64,000 bases of DNA from Vulcanimicrobiota bacterium (lineage in GTDB: Bacteria > Vulcanimicrobiota > Vulcanimicrobiia > Eremiobacterales > Eremiobacteraceae): positions 1 through 64,000 of the forward strand of contig CAWDVP010000001.1 in the NCBI GenBank assembly GCA_963805945.1, given 5' to 3'. Positions 54,697-63,344 of the stretch are shown one piece after another. A program made the translations under genes and the position numbers. The notes under the pieces are model-generated. The model was not told where the DNA came from. It worked only from the letters and a program-made list of their open reading frames with translations, and did no database searches. Every line of letters begins with the position of its first letter. Positions within the stretch are counted from its first letter, which is position 1.

Positions 54697-56277
54697 ATGA
54701 AGAAGTACGACGCGATCATCATCGGCGGCGGGCACAACGGCCTGGTGACCGCCGGCTATCTGGCGCGCGCGGGCCGCAAAGTGCTCGTGCTCGAGCGCCG
54801 CTACATCGTCGGCGGCGCCTGCGTCACCGAACAGCCGTTTCCGGGCTTCAAAGTTTCTACCGCGGCATACGTCAATAGCCTCTTCCGCCCCGAGATCATC
54901 CGTGACTTGCGGCTGCGAGATTACGGATTCGATCTCATCGAGCGCAACCCGGCGTCGTTCTCCCCGACACTGGACGGACGTTACCTCATGCTCGGCTCGG
55001 GCGTCGATTCGGACGTGCGCGAGATCGCGAAGTTCAGCGAAAAAGACGCGCGCGCGTACCCGCTCTACGAGCAGATGCTCGAACGCGTCGCCTCAGTGGT
55101 CGAGCCGACGCTCGTGCAGTCACCGCCGAACGTCGCCAAACCAGGCCTGGGTGACCTGTTCAAAATGGCGCCGCTCGGACGCAGCTTGGGCAAGCTCGGA
55201 TCAGCCATGGGCGAGGCGATCGAGGTGCTCACCGGACCGGCCACGCCGATCCTCGACCGCTGGTTCGAGTCCGAACAGTTGAAAGGCACGCTGGCGACCG
55301 ACGCGATCATCGGCGCGTTCGCGTCGCCGTCTATGCCCGGCACCGCGTACGTGCTTTTCCATCACGTCATGGGCGAGACGAACGGCAAACGCGGCGTTTG
55401 GGCGTACGTGCGAGGCGGCATGGGCGGGCTCACCCAAGCGCTCGCGCGGGCGGCGGCCGACCTCGGCGCGGAGATCCGCACCGAAGCGGAGGTGTCGAAG
55501 ATCCTCGTGCGTGACGGCGCGGTCGAGGGCGTCGTCTTGCGCAACGGCGACGAGTTCCGAGCACGCCATGTCGCGAGCAATGCGGATTGCAACGTCACGT
55601 TCTTGCAGCTGCTCGACACGAAGCTGCTGCCCGACGATTTCGTCGCAGCGGTCAAGCGCATCGACTACGGCAGCGCGTCGCTGAAGATCAACGCGGCGGT
55701 ATCGTCGTTGCCGAACTTCACCGCATGTCCAGGAACCCAGGCCGGGCCGCAGCATCACGGCACGGTGCACCTGGTGCCAAGCCAGGAGTTCATCGAACGC
55801 GCCTTCGACGATGCGAAGTACGGCTATCCTTCGAAGGAGCCGGTGGTCGAGTGCCAGTTCCCATCGTCATTGGATCCCAGCCTGGCGCCGGCCGGCAAGC
55901 ACGTCATGTCGATGTTCGTGCAGTACGCGCCGTATCACCTCAAGGGAGGCACGTGGGACGACGCCACTAAGAACGCGTTTGCGGACCGCTGCTTCGACAT
56001 CGTCGAGCGCTATGCGCCCGGCTTCAAGAGCTCAGTGATCGCGCGCCAGGTGCTCAGCCCGGTCGATCTCGAGCGCACGTTCAATCTGACCGGCGGCAAC
56101 ATATTCCAAGGATCGATGTCGTTGCACCAGCTGTTCATGTTCCGCCCCGTGCCGGGATTTGCAAGCTATCGCACGCCGATCCGAGGTTTGTATTTGTGCG
56201 GCGCGGCTGCGCATCCCGGAGGCGGGGTCATGGGTGCCGCTGGTTGGAACGCCGCGCGCGAAATGCTGCGGGCGTAA
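54697..56277 (+). CDS. Phytoene desaturase-family FAD oxidoreductase (PYROXD2-like)
   Basis: YDAIIIGGGHNGL, VRGGMGGL, LTGGNIFQG, YRTPIRGLYLCGAAAHPGGGV. Confidence 0.92.
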   Translation: MKKYDAIIIGGGHNGLVTAGYLARAGRKVLVLERRYIVGGACVTEQPFPGFKVSTAAYVNSLFRPEIIRDLRLRDYGFDLIERNPASFSPTLDGRYLMLGSGVDSDVREIAKFSEKDARAYPLYEQMLERVASVVEPTLVQSPPNVAKPGLGDLFKMAPLGRSLGKLGSAMGEAIEVLTGPATPILDRWFESEQLKGTLATDAIIGAFASPSMPGTAYVLFHHVMGETNGKRGVWAYVRGGMGGLTQALARAAADLGAEIRTEAEVSKILVRDGAVEGVVLRNGDEFRARHVASNADCNVTFLQLLDTKLLPDDFVAAVKRIDYGSASLKINAAVSSLPNFTACPGTQAGPQHHGTVHLVPSQEFIERAFDDAKYGYPSKEPVVECQFPSSLDPSLAPAGKHVMSMFVQYAPYHLKGGTWDDATKNAFADRCFDIVERYAPGFKSSVIARQVLSPVDLERTFNLTGGNIFQGSMSLHQLFMFRPVPGFASYRTPIRGLYLCGAAAHPGGGVMGAAGWNAAREMLRA

Positions 56278-56281
56278 TTTT

Positions 56282-56386
56282 TCGCGATACTCGGAGACCG
56301 TCCAACCGGGCCACGCTTGCTAGCTCACCGCCGGCCCGGCCGACGGCCTCGTGCCGCTCGAGCACGAGGACCGCGTCGTATCGCAT
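56282..56386 (-). pseudogene. Possible eroded 5' remnant of a second desaturase-family gene
   Basis: Minus strand reads MRYDAV-LVLERHEAVG...GLRVSR, like the neighbour's N-terminus with the GxGxxG segment deleted. Confidence 0.35.
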
Positions 56387-56462
56387 GCTCTGAGCCTTCT
56401 TCTCACAAAACTCTCATGCCCGCCTCAAGTGCTCTTCATCGAGCGGGTCGTATACTGTCCCC

Positions 56463-57986
56463 ATGAGTACCAGTGTTGATCAACTCACCGGCACCGGTGC
56501 AGAATTTCGCCCTGCAGGCACGCTGCTCGATCCCAACGTGGCCCTCGCGCCTTACAAAGGCCAGTGGAGCCCACGGCTCGCCGCGCATCTGCTGCGGCGT
56601 GCGGGCTTCGGGGGCTCGCCGCAAGAGATCGCCACGCTGTCGTCCGCCGGCATGCACGGCGCCGTCGACGCCTTGCTCCATTTCAGCCAAGACTCGCTGC
56701 CCACACAGCCCGACGGCGACATCAGCTACGAATTCGGACCCAACGCGGATAAGACGCAGCTGCGCCGCGCCTACTTGGCGACGACGCTCTGGTACGTCAA
56801 CCGCCTGCTGCTCACGCCGAACCCGCTGCGCGAGCGCATGGTGTATTTCTGGAGCAACCACTTCACCAGCGGCATCGTGCAGGATGGCATCACGCCGCAG
56901 ATGACTGTCGATCAGTACAACCTCTTCGGACGTTTCGCGCTCGGCAACTACGCGCAGCTGACGCACGAGATCTCTAAGAACGCCGCCATGTTGCTGTACC
57001 TGAACAACGCGCAGAACCGGGTGCAGCATCCCAACGAGAATTACGCGCGCGAGCTGATGGAGCTCTTCACCTTGGGCATCGGCAACTACACCGAGCAGGA
57101 CGTCCGCGAGAGCGCGCGTGCGTTCACCGGCTGGACGGTGAACCGGCGTGCCGGCGACACGGTGGTGTTCATGCCGCGCTTCCACGACGACGGCTCGAAG
57201 ACGTTCCTCGGCCACAGCGGCAATTTCATGGGCGACGACATCGTCGACATCATCATGGGCCAAAGCGCGACGTCGCGCTACATGGCGCACAAATTCGCGC
57301 GCAACTTCATCTATGACAATCCCGAGCCTGAGCTCATCGATGCGCTTGCCGCGCGTTTCCGCGCGAGCGGCTACGACGTCGCCGAACTCATGAGCGTGAT
57401 CCTGCGCTCCGACATCTTCTACTCGGACCGCGCCTACCGCTCGCTCGTCAAGAGCCCGCTGGAACTGGTCATCGGCGCGCACAAGATGCTCGGCGCCACC
57501 CGGGTGGAGCCCGCCGCGCTCGGCGCGCTCGATCGCATGGGCCAGACGCCGATGCGCCCGCCCAACGTCGCGGGCTGGCCGGGCGGCGCGCTGTGGCTCA
57601 ACACCGGCACGCTGCTGTCGCGCATCAACTACCTCAATCAGCTGGCGCTGTCGAAGGCGGCGGCACCGGCGGCTCCGGGCGGCGACATGAACATGAATAC
57701 GATGATGGACAACCCCGCCGCCGCGCAGCGCATGCCCGCCAACGTCGCCGATCCGACGCAATGGATCGCCGGCGTGGCGCCGACCGACCCCGTCGCGGTG
57801 ACCAATCGCGTGCTGTTCATGACGGTGCAGGGTGACGCGACGCCACAGCAGGCGCAGACCATCCTCAACTACCTCTCCACCGATGCGAGCGGCGTCAAGG
57901 CGCCGCTGTCGATGGAGAATCTCGACGAGAAGGTGCGCGGAGCGATGAGCCTTGCGCTCGCGCTGCCGAGCTACCAACTGGCCTAG
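56463..57986 (+). CDS. DUF1800 family protein
   Basis: AAHLLRRAGFG, LRERMVYFWSNHF, MLLYLNN, PNENYARELMELFTLG, PPNVAGW. Confidence 0.95.
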   Translation: MSTSVDQLTGTGAEFRPAGTLLDPNVALAPYKGQWSPRLAAHLLRRAGFGGSPQEIATLSSAGMHGAVDALLHFSQDSLPTQPDGDISYEFGPNADKTQLRRAYLATTLWYVNRLLLTPNPLRERMVYFWSNHFTSGIVQDGITPQMTVDQYNLFGRFALGNYAQLTHEISKNAAMLLYLNNAQNRVQHPNENYARELMELFTLGIGNYTEQDVRESARAFTGWTVNRRAGDTVVFMPRFHDDGSKTFLGHSGNFMGDDIVDIIMGQSATSRYMAHKFARNFIYDNPEPELIDALAARFRASGYDVAELMSVILRSDIFYSDRAYRSLVKSPLELVIGAHKMLGATRVEPAALGALDRMGQTPMRPPNVAGWPGGALWLNTGTLLSRINYLNQLALSKAAAPAAPGGDMNMNTMMDNPAAAQRMPANVADPTQWIAGVAPTDPVAVTNRVLFMTVQGDATPQQAQTILNYLSTDASGVKAPLSMENLDEKVRGAMSLALALPSYQLA

Positions 57987-57999
57987 GAGCACGATCGCG

Positions 58000-59223
58000 A
58001 TGTCGAACAGACGGCAATTCTTGATCCAAAGCGTCGGCGGTTTCGCCGGCTTCCTGTCGATCGATTCGATCTTCGCGCGCGCCGCGCGGGCGGCGACGCA
58101 GGCGCCTGCCGCCGCGAACTCCGGACGCACGCTGGTCGTCGTCAATTTCCAAGGCGGCAACGACGGCCTCAACACGGTCGTGCCGTACGGCGATCCGACC
58201 TACTATCGCGTCCGCCCGACGATCAACATCCCGCAGGACCAGGTGGTGAAGCTCGACAGCATGCTGGGCCTGAACCCGCAGCTCGCCGCGCTCAAGCCGC
58301 TGTTCGACCAGCAGCGTCTCGCCGTGCTTCAAGGCGTGCACTATCCGAATCCGAATCTCTCGCACTTCCGCTCGACCGAGATCTGGCAGACCGCCGCACC
58401 GGAGAAATACCTGGACACCGGTTGGGCCGGGCGCTACCTCGACGTCGAGGGCAAGGGCGCGGCGCCAAATCTGTTCGCCGGCGTCGCGGTCGGGCCGGTG
58501 CTGCCGAAGATGATGGTCGCCGAGCGCACCGACGTCCCCACCATCAGCGACCTGCGCGGCTTCAAGTTCAACGGCGCGCGCGACGAGCAAGCGCAAGCCG
58601 ATCGGATCCTCGGCGGCGACGGCGTCAAGTATCCTTTCCAGAGCCCGTATCTGCAGCTCGTGCAGGACGTCGAGACGCACGCGCACGCTGCGTCCAACCA
58701 GCTGCCGCACCTCGTCGACGGCTACAAGGCGGCGGCCGAGTATCCGAAGACCCCGTTCGCGCAAGGCCTCAATCTGATCGCCGGCGTCGTCAACGCCAAC
58801 GTCGGGACCAAGGTCTTCTACATCAGCCTCGGCTCGTTCGACACGCACGTCGGGCAGCGCGCGCAGCAAGACCGCCTGCTCGAGCAGTTCGCCTCCGGCA
58901 TGGCCGCCTTCTATCAGGACCTCGCCGCGCACGGCAATGACGGCAAGGTGCTCGCCATGACGTTCTCCGAGTTCGGGCGCCGCGTCGGCGAGAACGCCAA
59001 CCGCGGCACCGACCACGGCACAGCCGCGCCGATGTTCCTCATCGGCGGCAACGCCAAGGGCGGCATCTACGGCGACCATCCGAGCCTCACCGATCTCGAC
59101 TACGGCAACCTCAAGTGGCACACCGACTTCCGTTCGGTGTACGCGACGGTGCTCGAGCGCTGGCTGGGCATCGGCTCCGCCCCGATCCTCGGCTCGCAGT
59201 TCGACACGCTTACGGTGGTGTAG
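58000..59223 (+). CDS. DUF1501 family protein with Tat signal
   Basis: SNRRQFL, GGNDGLNTVVP, SHFRS, GSFDTH, FSEFGRR, GTDHG. Confidence 0.95.
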   Translation: MSNRRQFLIQSVGGFAGFLSIDSIFARAARAATQAPAAANSGRTLVVVNFQGGNDGLNTVVPYGDPTYYRVRPTINIPQDQVVKLDSMLGLNPQLAALKPLFDQQRLAVLQGVHYPNPNLSHFRSTEIWQTAAPEKYLDTGWAGRYLDVEGKGAAPNLFAGVAVGPVLPKMMVAERTDVPTISDLRGFKFNGARDEQAQADRILGGDGVKYPFQSPYLQLVQDVETHAHAASNQLPHLVDGYKAAAEYPKTPFAQGLNLIAGVVNANVGTKVFYISLGSFDTHVGQRAQQDRLLEQFASGMAAFYQDLAAHGNDGKVLAMTFSEFGRRVGENANRGTDHGTAAPMFLIGGNAKGGIYGDHPSLTDLDYGNLKWHTDFRSVYATVLERWLGIGSAPILGSQFDTLTVV

Positions 59224-59245
59224 GGGTCGACCTTTAGGTCGACCC
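59220..59245 (+). repeat. REP-like palindrome, family A variant
   Basis: GTAG-GGGTCGACCT-TT-AGGTCGACCC; the GTAG contains the DUF1501 stop codon. Confidence 0.7.
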
Positions 59246-59260
59246 ACAAGGAGACCAAAC

Positions 59261-59623
59261 ATGGAGCGCAAGCGATTCTTAGCGGCAGCCGCGATGGCGA
59301 GCGCCGCGTTTGCAGCGGTGGGCGTCGCAGCGAACGGCGACAGCGCCAGCACAGGTAATTCCGGCAGCAGCGCGTGCCAACCGGGCGCATCGTTGCCGCG
59401 TCCGTCGGGCAGTCCGCATCCGCACACGGCGCGCACTCCGGTGTCGGAAGTGGAGTCAGCGGAACGGCACGTCGAGCGGGTCGTCCAGATGTTGCAGCGC
59501 GACCCGAACGACTACGGCGGCCACAAGGCGCCCGCCATCGCGGCTCTGCTCCAGGCAAGCGGCGAGCTCCAGCAAGCGGTCGCGTACAACACCGAGCATC
59601 CGACCGCGGCGGCCACGCCGTAG
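59261..59623 (+). CDS. Small exported protein with a DYGGH helical-hairpin motif
   Basis: SD AAGGAG; MERKRFLAAAA (Tat-like); RDPNDYGGHK. Confidence 0.75.
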   Translation: MERKRFLAAAAMASAAFAAVGVAANGDSASTGNSGSSACQPGASLPRPSGSPHPHTARTPVSEVESAERHVERVVQMLQRDPNDYGGHKAPAIAALLQASGELQQAVAYNTEHPTAAATP

Positions 59624-59625
59624 AT

Positions 59626-59649
59626 GGTCGAATAAATTCGACCGCTCCA
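59626..59649 (-). repeat. REP-like palindrome, family B
   Basis: ggtcgaataaattcgaccgctcca between convergent stop codons. Confidence 0.75.
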
Positions 59650-59652
59650 TAA

Positions 59653-60861
59653 CTAAGGGCTGTAGGTCACCCGGTACACATAACCGTTCAGGTCGTCGCT
59701 GATGTAGAGCGAGCCGTCTGCCGCGACAGCCAGTCCCACCGGCCGACCGCTGACGTTGGAGTTCGCCAACCAGCCGGTGATGAAATCTGCATAGCTCACC
59801 GGCTGCCCGTTTTGGAAGGTCACGAAGACCACTTTGTAGCCCGTCTTCACGTCGCGATCCCACGAGCCGTGGAACGCGACGAACGCTCCACCGCGGTATG
59901 GCAACGGGAACATAGTCGCGTCGTAGAACGTGATGCCGAGCGGCGCCGAGTGCGCTTGGAGCGGCAACGTGGTCTTGACCTGGCCCGCACAGTTCGGGTT
60001 CGGCACCGGTGAGTCGGGGCTGGGCTGACGAGCGCCTGTGAGATCGGGATAGCATGACGGCCAGCCATAATCGCCATTGGCGACCACCATGTCGAACTCG
60101 TCCGGCGGCAGATCCTGATGGTTCGGCGTCAAGTTGTCGCGCTGGTTCACGACCATCCACAACTGGCCGGAATGGTCGAACGCGAGGCCGCTGCCGTTAC
60201 GCACCCCGGACGCATAGATCTGCGGCTTGGTGCCATCGACGTTCACGTGCATGATGGTCGCCAATTTGGGGTCCGATTCGGCGCAGAGGTTGCAGTCCGA
60301 ACCCGACGATTCGAAGACGGTGCTATCCGGCGCGATCGCGAGCGAGCGGTTGTTGTGAACCCCGTTGCGCGTGAGGTCGGTGTACAGCGGCTGCACGGTG
60401 GTCCCCGTTGGATAATTGCGGATGACGGAGAACCCGGTCCAGGTCGCGATGTAGAGGTCACTGCCCTTGAACGCCAAGCCGTGCGGTCGCTCGAGATTGG
60501 ATGCGACTACGTGCGGCGCCGCGGATACGGACTGGCCCGGCGCGATCGCAACGACCTGGCCGTTGTTCGTCTCGGACACCAGCAAGTCGCCATTGGGCGC
60601 GACGGCCATGAAGCGAGCGCCAGAGACGTTCGTCGAGACCATGCTGACGCGGAAGCCCGTCGGAACGGTGAGCGCCATCGGCGGGGTGGGTCCCGGCGTG
60701 GGGGTCGCGCCGAACGGCGTCGGCGTCGCCCCCATCCCCGTCGGGGCCAAGGACGAGGACGCGCACGCAGCCAGCGCCGCGGCGAAGACCGCCGCCGCCG
60801 CGGCGATCGTCATCGCGACCGTTTTCTGGGCCACCGCGCGGGGTCTCGAACTTCTCATCAT
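59653..60861 (-). CDS. PQQ-dependent sugar/sorbosone dehydrogenase family lipoprotein
   Basis: LAAC lipobox, SSGSDCNLC.E, YASGVRN, DYGWP, QAHSAPLG, AFHGSWDR, GRPVG..DGSLYISDD. Confidence 0.9.
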   Translation of the reverse strand: MMRSSRPRAVAQKTVAMTIAAAAAVFAAALAACASSSLAPTGMGATPTPFGATPTPGPTPPMALTVPTGFRVSMVSTNVSGARFMAVAPNGDLLVSETNNGQVVAIAPGQSVSAAPHVVASNLERPHGLAFKGSDLYIATWTGFSVIRNYPTGTTVQPLYTDLTRNGVHNNRSLAIAPDSTVFESSGSDCNLCAESDPKLATIMHVNVDGTKPQIYASGVRNGSGLAFDHSGQLWMVVNQRDNLTPNHQDLPPDEFDMVVANGDYGWPSCYPDLTGARQPSPDSPVPNPNCAGQVKTTLPLQAHSAPLGITFYDATMFPLPYRGGAFVAFHGSWDRDVKTGYKVVFVTFQNGQPVSYADFITGWLANSNVSGRPVGLAVAADGSLYISDDLNGYVYRVTYSP

Positions 60862-60996
60862 CGATTCACGGACGATTCATAAGCGTCTTAGCGCCGGCTC
60901 ATGTTCGGGGGAACCATGTCCGCTATGCTCATTGCAGTCGGATCTTCCTCCGAGCGTTCCGTCGCTCGACTTCACCAAGAAAGGGTTCTTCATATC

Positions 60997-62100
60997 ATGC
61001 GTACGCGCACTCTCTCCATCTTCGCAGTGATCGCCGCCATCACCCTCGCCGGGTGCGCAGGCGGCGGCAGCGCGAGTCCGTTCAACAATCCGTCTGCACC
61101 GGGTTCCGGCTCGCAGATGACGGCGCAGGAAGCCGCTCAGACCGGCGCCAGCACGGCGCTGTCCGAGATCGAGAACCATAACCTCGACAGCTCGCTCTTC
61201 TCAGGTTCGGTCGGCACGGTGCTCTCGAGCTCGCGATTGCCGATGTCGGTCGGATCGAAGACGACCGGGACGTGCAACAACGGCGTCATCAAGACGGTGA
61301 CCGTCGTGAGCCCGACCGAGACGATCTACGACGTCCAGAGTTTCTACGACCTCGGCTGCACGCAGATCCGCCGCGACTCGTCCTCTGACGTGCAACAGCC
61401 CAACGCCTCGACTGAGAACATCGTCCGCACGATCAAGAACTACAATGCGGCCGGCCTGCTCATGTCGACGCGCACCACCAACTACTCGGTCACCGGCGCG
61501 CCTGGGAACTTCTCGGCCGTCGTGACCAGCGCGCTGCTCATCGGCACGTCTCCGACTCCCGAAGAGCAGGGCGGCCACCAGCTCACCGTCGCGCCACAGA
61601 ACGCCAACGTCTGGACGATCGCCGGCAACGGCGCCCGCATCGAAAACGTCGCCGTGCCTAGCATCAACGAGTCCTTCGGCAGCGATTCCGTGCTCCAGAA
61701 CGTCACCGCGACGACCGACGTCTCCGGCGACGTGACCTTCGCAGGCACGCGCAACCGGACGTACTTCAAAGGTGCGCTCGGCAGCCTGAGCATCCCGGCG
61801 AGCCCGCCGTTCTCGGTCTCGGGCGGCACGAACCTCGGCACGGGTTCGCTCACCGGCTCGGTGCAGTTCGACTCGAACGATCAGCTGCTCAGCGTCGCGC
61901 TCAACGGCACGTTCGCGAACGGCAACACCGTCGTCGTGACGAGCTCCGGCACAGGACCCTCGATCTCGATCAACGGTGTCATCTCCAACCCGTCGGGCAC
62001 GCAGCTGGCGACCTTCTCGGTCGACCGCTTCGGCAACGGCTTGATCACCTACGCGAACGGCGCGCAGGCGGTCATCCTCGACTGGCACGTGGTCAAGTAA
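60997..62100 (+). CDS. Hypothetical beta-rich (Thr/Ser/Gly/Asn) lipoprotein
   Basis: Lipobox LAGC; uninterrupted 367-aa ORF. Confidence 0.82.
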   Translation: MRTRTLSIFAVIAAITLAGCAGGGSASPFNNPSAPGSGSQMTAQEAAQTGASTALSEIENHNLDSSLFSGSVGTVLSSSRLPMSVGSKTTGTCNNGVIKTVTVVSPTETIYDVQSFYDLGCTQIRRDSSSDVQQPNASTENIVRTIKNYNAAGLLMSTRTTNYSVTGAPGNFSAVVTSALLIGTSPTPEEQGGHQLTVAPQNANVWTIAGNGARIENVAVPSINESFGSDSVLQNVTATTDVSGDVTFAGTRNRTYFKGALGSLSIPASPPFSVSGGTNLGTGSLTGSVQFDSNDQLLSVALNGTFANGNTVVVTSSGTGPSISINGVISNPSGTQLATFSVDRFGNGLITYANGAQAVILDWHVVK

Positions 62101-62113
62101 GACACCATACACA

Positions 62114-62140
62114 AGCGGTGGAATGAATTCGACCGCTCCA
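62114..62140 (-). repeat. REP-like palindrome, family B (diverged)
   Basis: agcggtggaatgaattcgaccgctcca. Confidence 0.65.
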
Positions 62141-62153
62141 TACCGGGAAAAGC

Positions 62154-62185
62154 GAAAGGGACGGGCTTGAGGGCCCGTCCCTTTC
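62154..62185. terminator. Bidirectional intrinsic terminator
   Basis: 13-bp perfect stem GAAAGGGACGGGC/GCCCGTCCCTTTC between convergent genes. Confidence 0.75.
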
Positions 62186-62202
62186 TTCTCGCGGGGGATC
62201 TT

Positions 62203-62550
62203 CTATTCGGCTTCGGTGCGCCGTTCGGGCTCCGCGGTCGCGCGCATCGGGTTGTTCGAGCAGCGCCGGCACGCATAGGTCGCGATGGTGCGGAAGGCAG
62301 CCTTGTTCACTTCACGCCGCGCGGTGAGCCGGAAGCGCGTATACGCCTCATCGAAGGCGCTCTCCGCGCCGTTCCCGGCGAACAGGTCCATGGTGAAGTG
62401 CTCGCAGCAGGCCGCGCACATCGAATCGGTCTTGAACAGCGGGCAGCGCATGCATCCTTCACCGTGATCACCGAAATGATTCCACGCCTCGGGGCTCGGG
62501 GGAATAGGCCCTTCCAGCAGGCCTGTAAGCAGCTCGTTGACGTTCGTCAT
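62203..62550 (-). CDS. Small Cys-rich hypothetical protein
   Basis: CMRC, CAACCEH and CRRC motifs in 115 aa. Confidence 0.65.
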   Translation of the reverse strand: MTNVNELLTGLLEGPIPPSPEAWNHFGDHGEGCMRCPLFKTDSMCAACCEHFTMDLFAGNGAESAFDEAYTRFRLTARREVNKAAFRTIATYACRRCSNNPMRATAEPERRTEAE

Positions 62551-62605
62551 GATGCCCGTATGACTAGCCCAACGGTAAATTTGTGTCGGCCTCGAAGCCG
62601 TTCTC

Positions 62606-62755
62606 ATGGACGAACAGGTGTTCACCGTGGGCCAGCTCGCCGGGCCGGGGACCTACCGCTGCGAGGCGTGCGGCCGCGAGACGGCCGAGTACGCCCTCTC
62701 CTTCGAGATCGAGCCGTGCCCGTGCGGCGGGACCCTTTTCCGCCGGGTTGATTGA
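62606..62755 (+). CDS. 49-aa zinc-ribbon protein (not in the ORF track)
   Basis: MDEQVFTVGQLAGPGTYRCEACGRETAEYALSFEIEPCPCGGTLFRRVD; GC3-rich codons; GPGTYxCxxCG...PCPxG..F pattern. Confidence 0.75.
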   Translation: MDEQVFTVGQLAGPGTYRCEACGRETAEYALSFEIEPCPCGGTLFRRVD

Positions 62756-62788
62756 TAGACCAAGCACCCCGGTCTGAAACGCCGAACT

Positions 62789-62813
62789 CGGTCGAATAAA
62801 TTCGACCGCTGCA
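62789..62813 (-). repeat. REP-like palindrome, family B
   Basis: cggtcgaataaattcgaccgctgca between convergent stop codons. Confidence 0.72.
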
Positions 62814-62815
62814 GG

Positions 62816-63322
62816 CTACCTGCGCTTGCCGTCCTTGAAGAGCCATGGCATGTCGGCTTCGCACGAATAGCCGCGCCAGCCGGCGAGCTTCACGCCGCCG
62901 AACTTGCCGAGGATGCGCACGCCGGCCGTCGCTTTGGCTTTGCCAAAACCGGGCAGGGCGAGCAAACGTTCGTAGACTTCGTCCGCGCGTCGCGCGCCTT
63001 GCCAAAGCCTGGCGCCCTTGCCGCCGTAGTCTTCGACGATCGCTGCGCAGACCGCCCGCACCCGCTTGGCCATCATGCCCGGATACCGATGCAGCGCGGG
63101 CTTCTCGCGGAAGATCTTGTCCAGTTTCCCCGGCGAGAGGGCCGCGATCTTGGCCGCGTCGAGCGTGCCGAGTCGGCGGCGCAACTCGTACGGCCCGATC
63201 ATCGCCTTCTCCGTGCGCACCTGCTGCTCGAGACATAGCCCGATGAGCAGCGCCGTGCCGTCGCGCGCGAGCAGGGCGTTGGCCGCGGCGTTCGGCGTGA
63301 AAGGGTACGAGGATTTCGCCAT
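62816..63322 (-). CDS. HhH-GPD-type base-excision repair protein
   Basis: ANALLARD..ALLIGLCLEQQV..EKA..GP, PALHRYPGMMAKRV, LALPGFGKAKA. Confidence 0.88.
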   Translation of the reverse strand: MAKSSYPFTPNAAANALLARDGTALLIGLCLEQQVRTEKAMIGPYELRRRLGTLDAAKIAALSPGKLDKIFREKPALHRYPGMMAKRVRAVCAAIVEDYGGKGARLWQGARRADEVYERLLALPGFGKAKATAGVRILGKFGGVKLAGWRGYSCEADMPWLFKDGKRR

Positions 63323-63344
63323 ACGGCGGCGCACTTTGTCCGCC

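Noticed and set aside
54697..56277. Calling the oxidoreductase crtI (carotenoid pathway)
   Set aside because: No crtB, crtE or other carotenoid genes nearby; the sequence fits the broader PYROXD2-like subfamily.
35914..58175. Long antisense or alternate-frame ORFs (e.g. 35914-37941, 46368-48254, 56436-58175)
   Set aside because: They shadow well-supported genes in high-GC DNA and lack recognisable motifs.
59220..62813. Short palindromic repeats as a CRISPR array
   Set aside because: Copies are dispersed by hundreds to thousands of bases with genes between them; no regular spacers and no cas genes.
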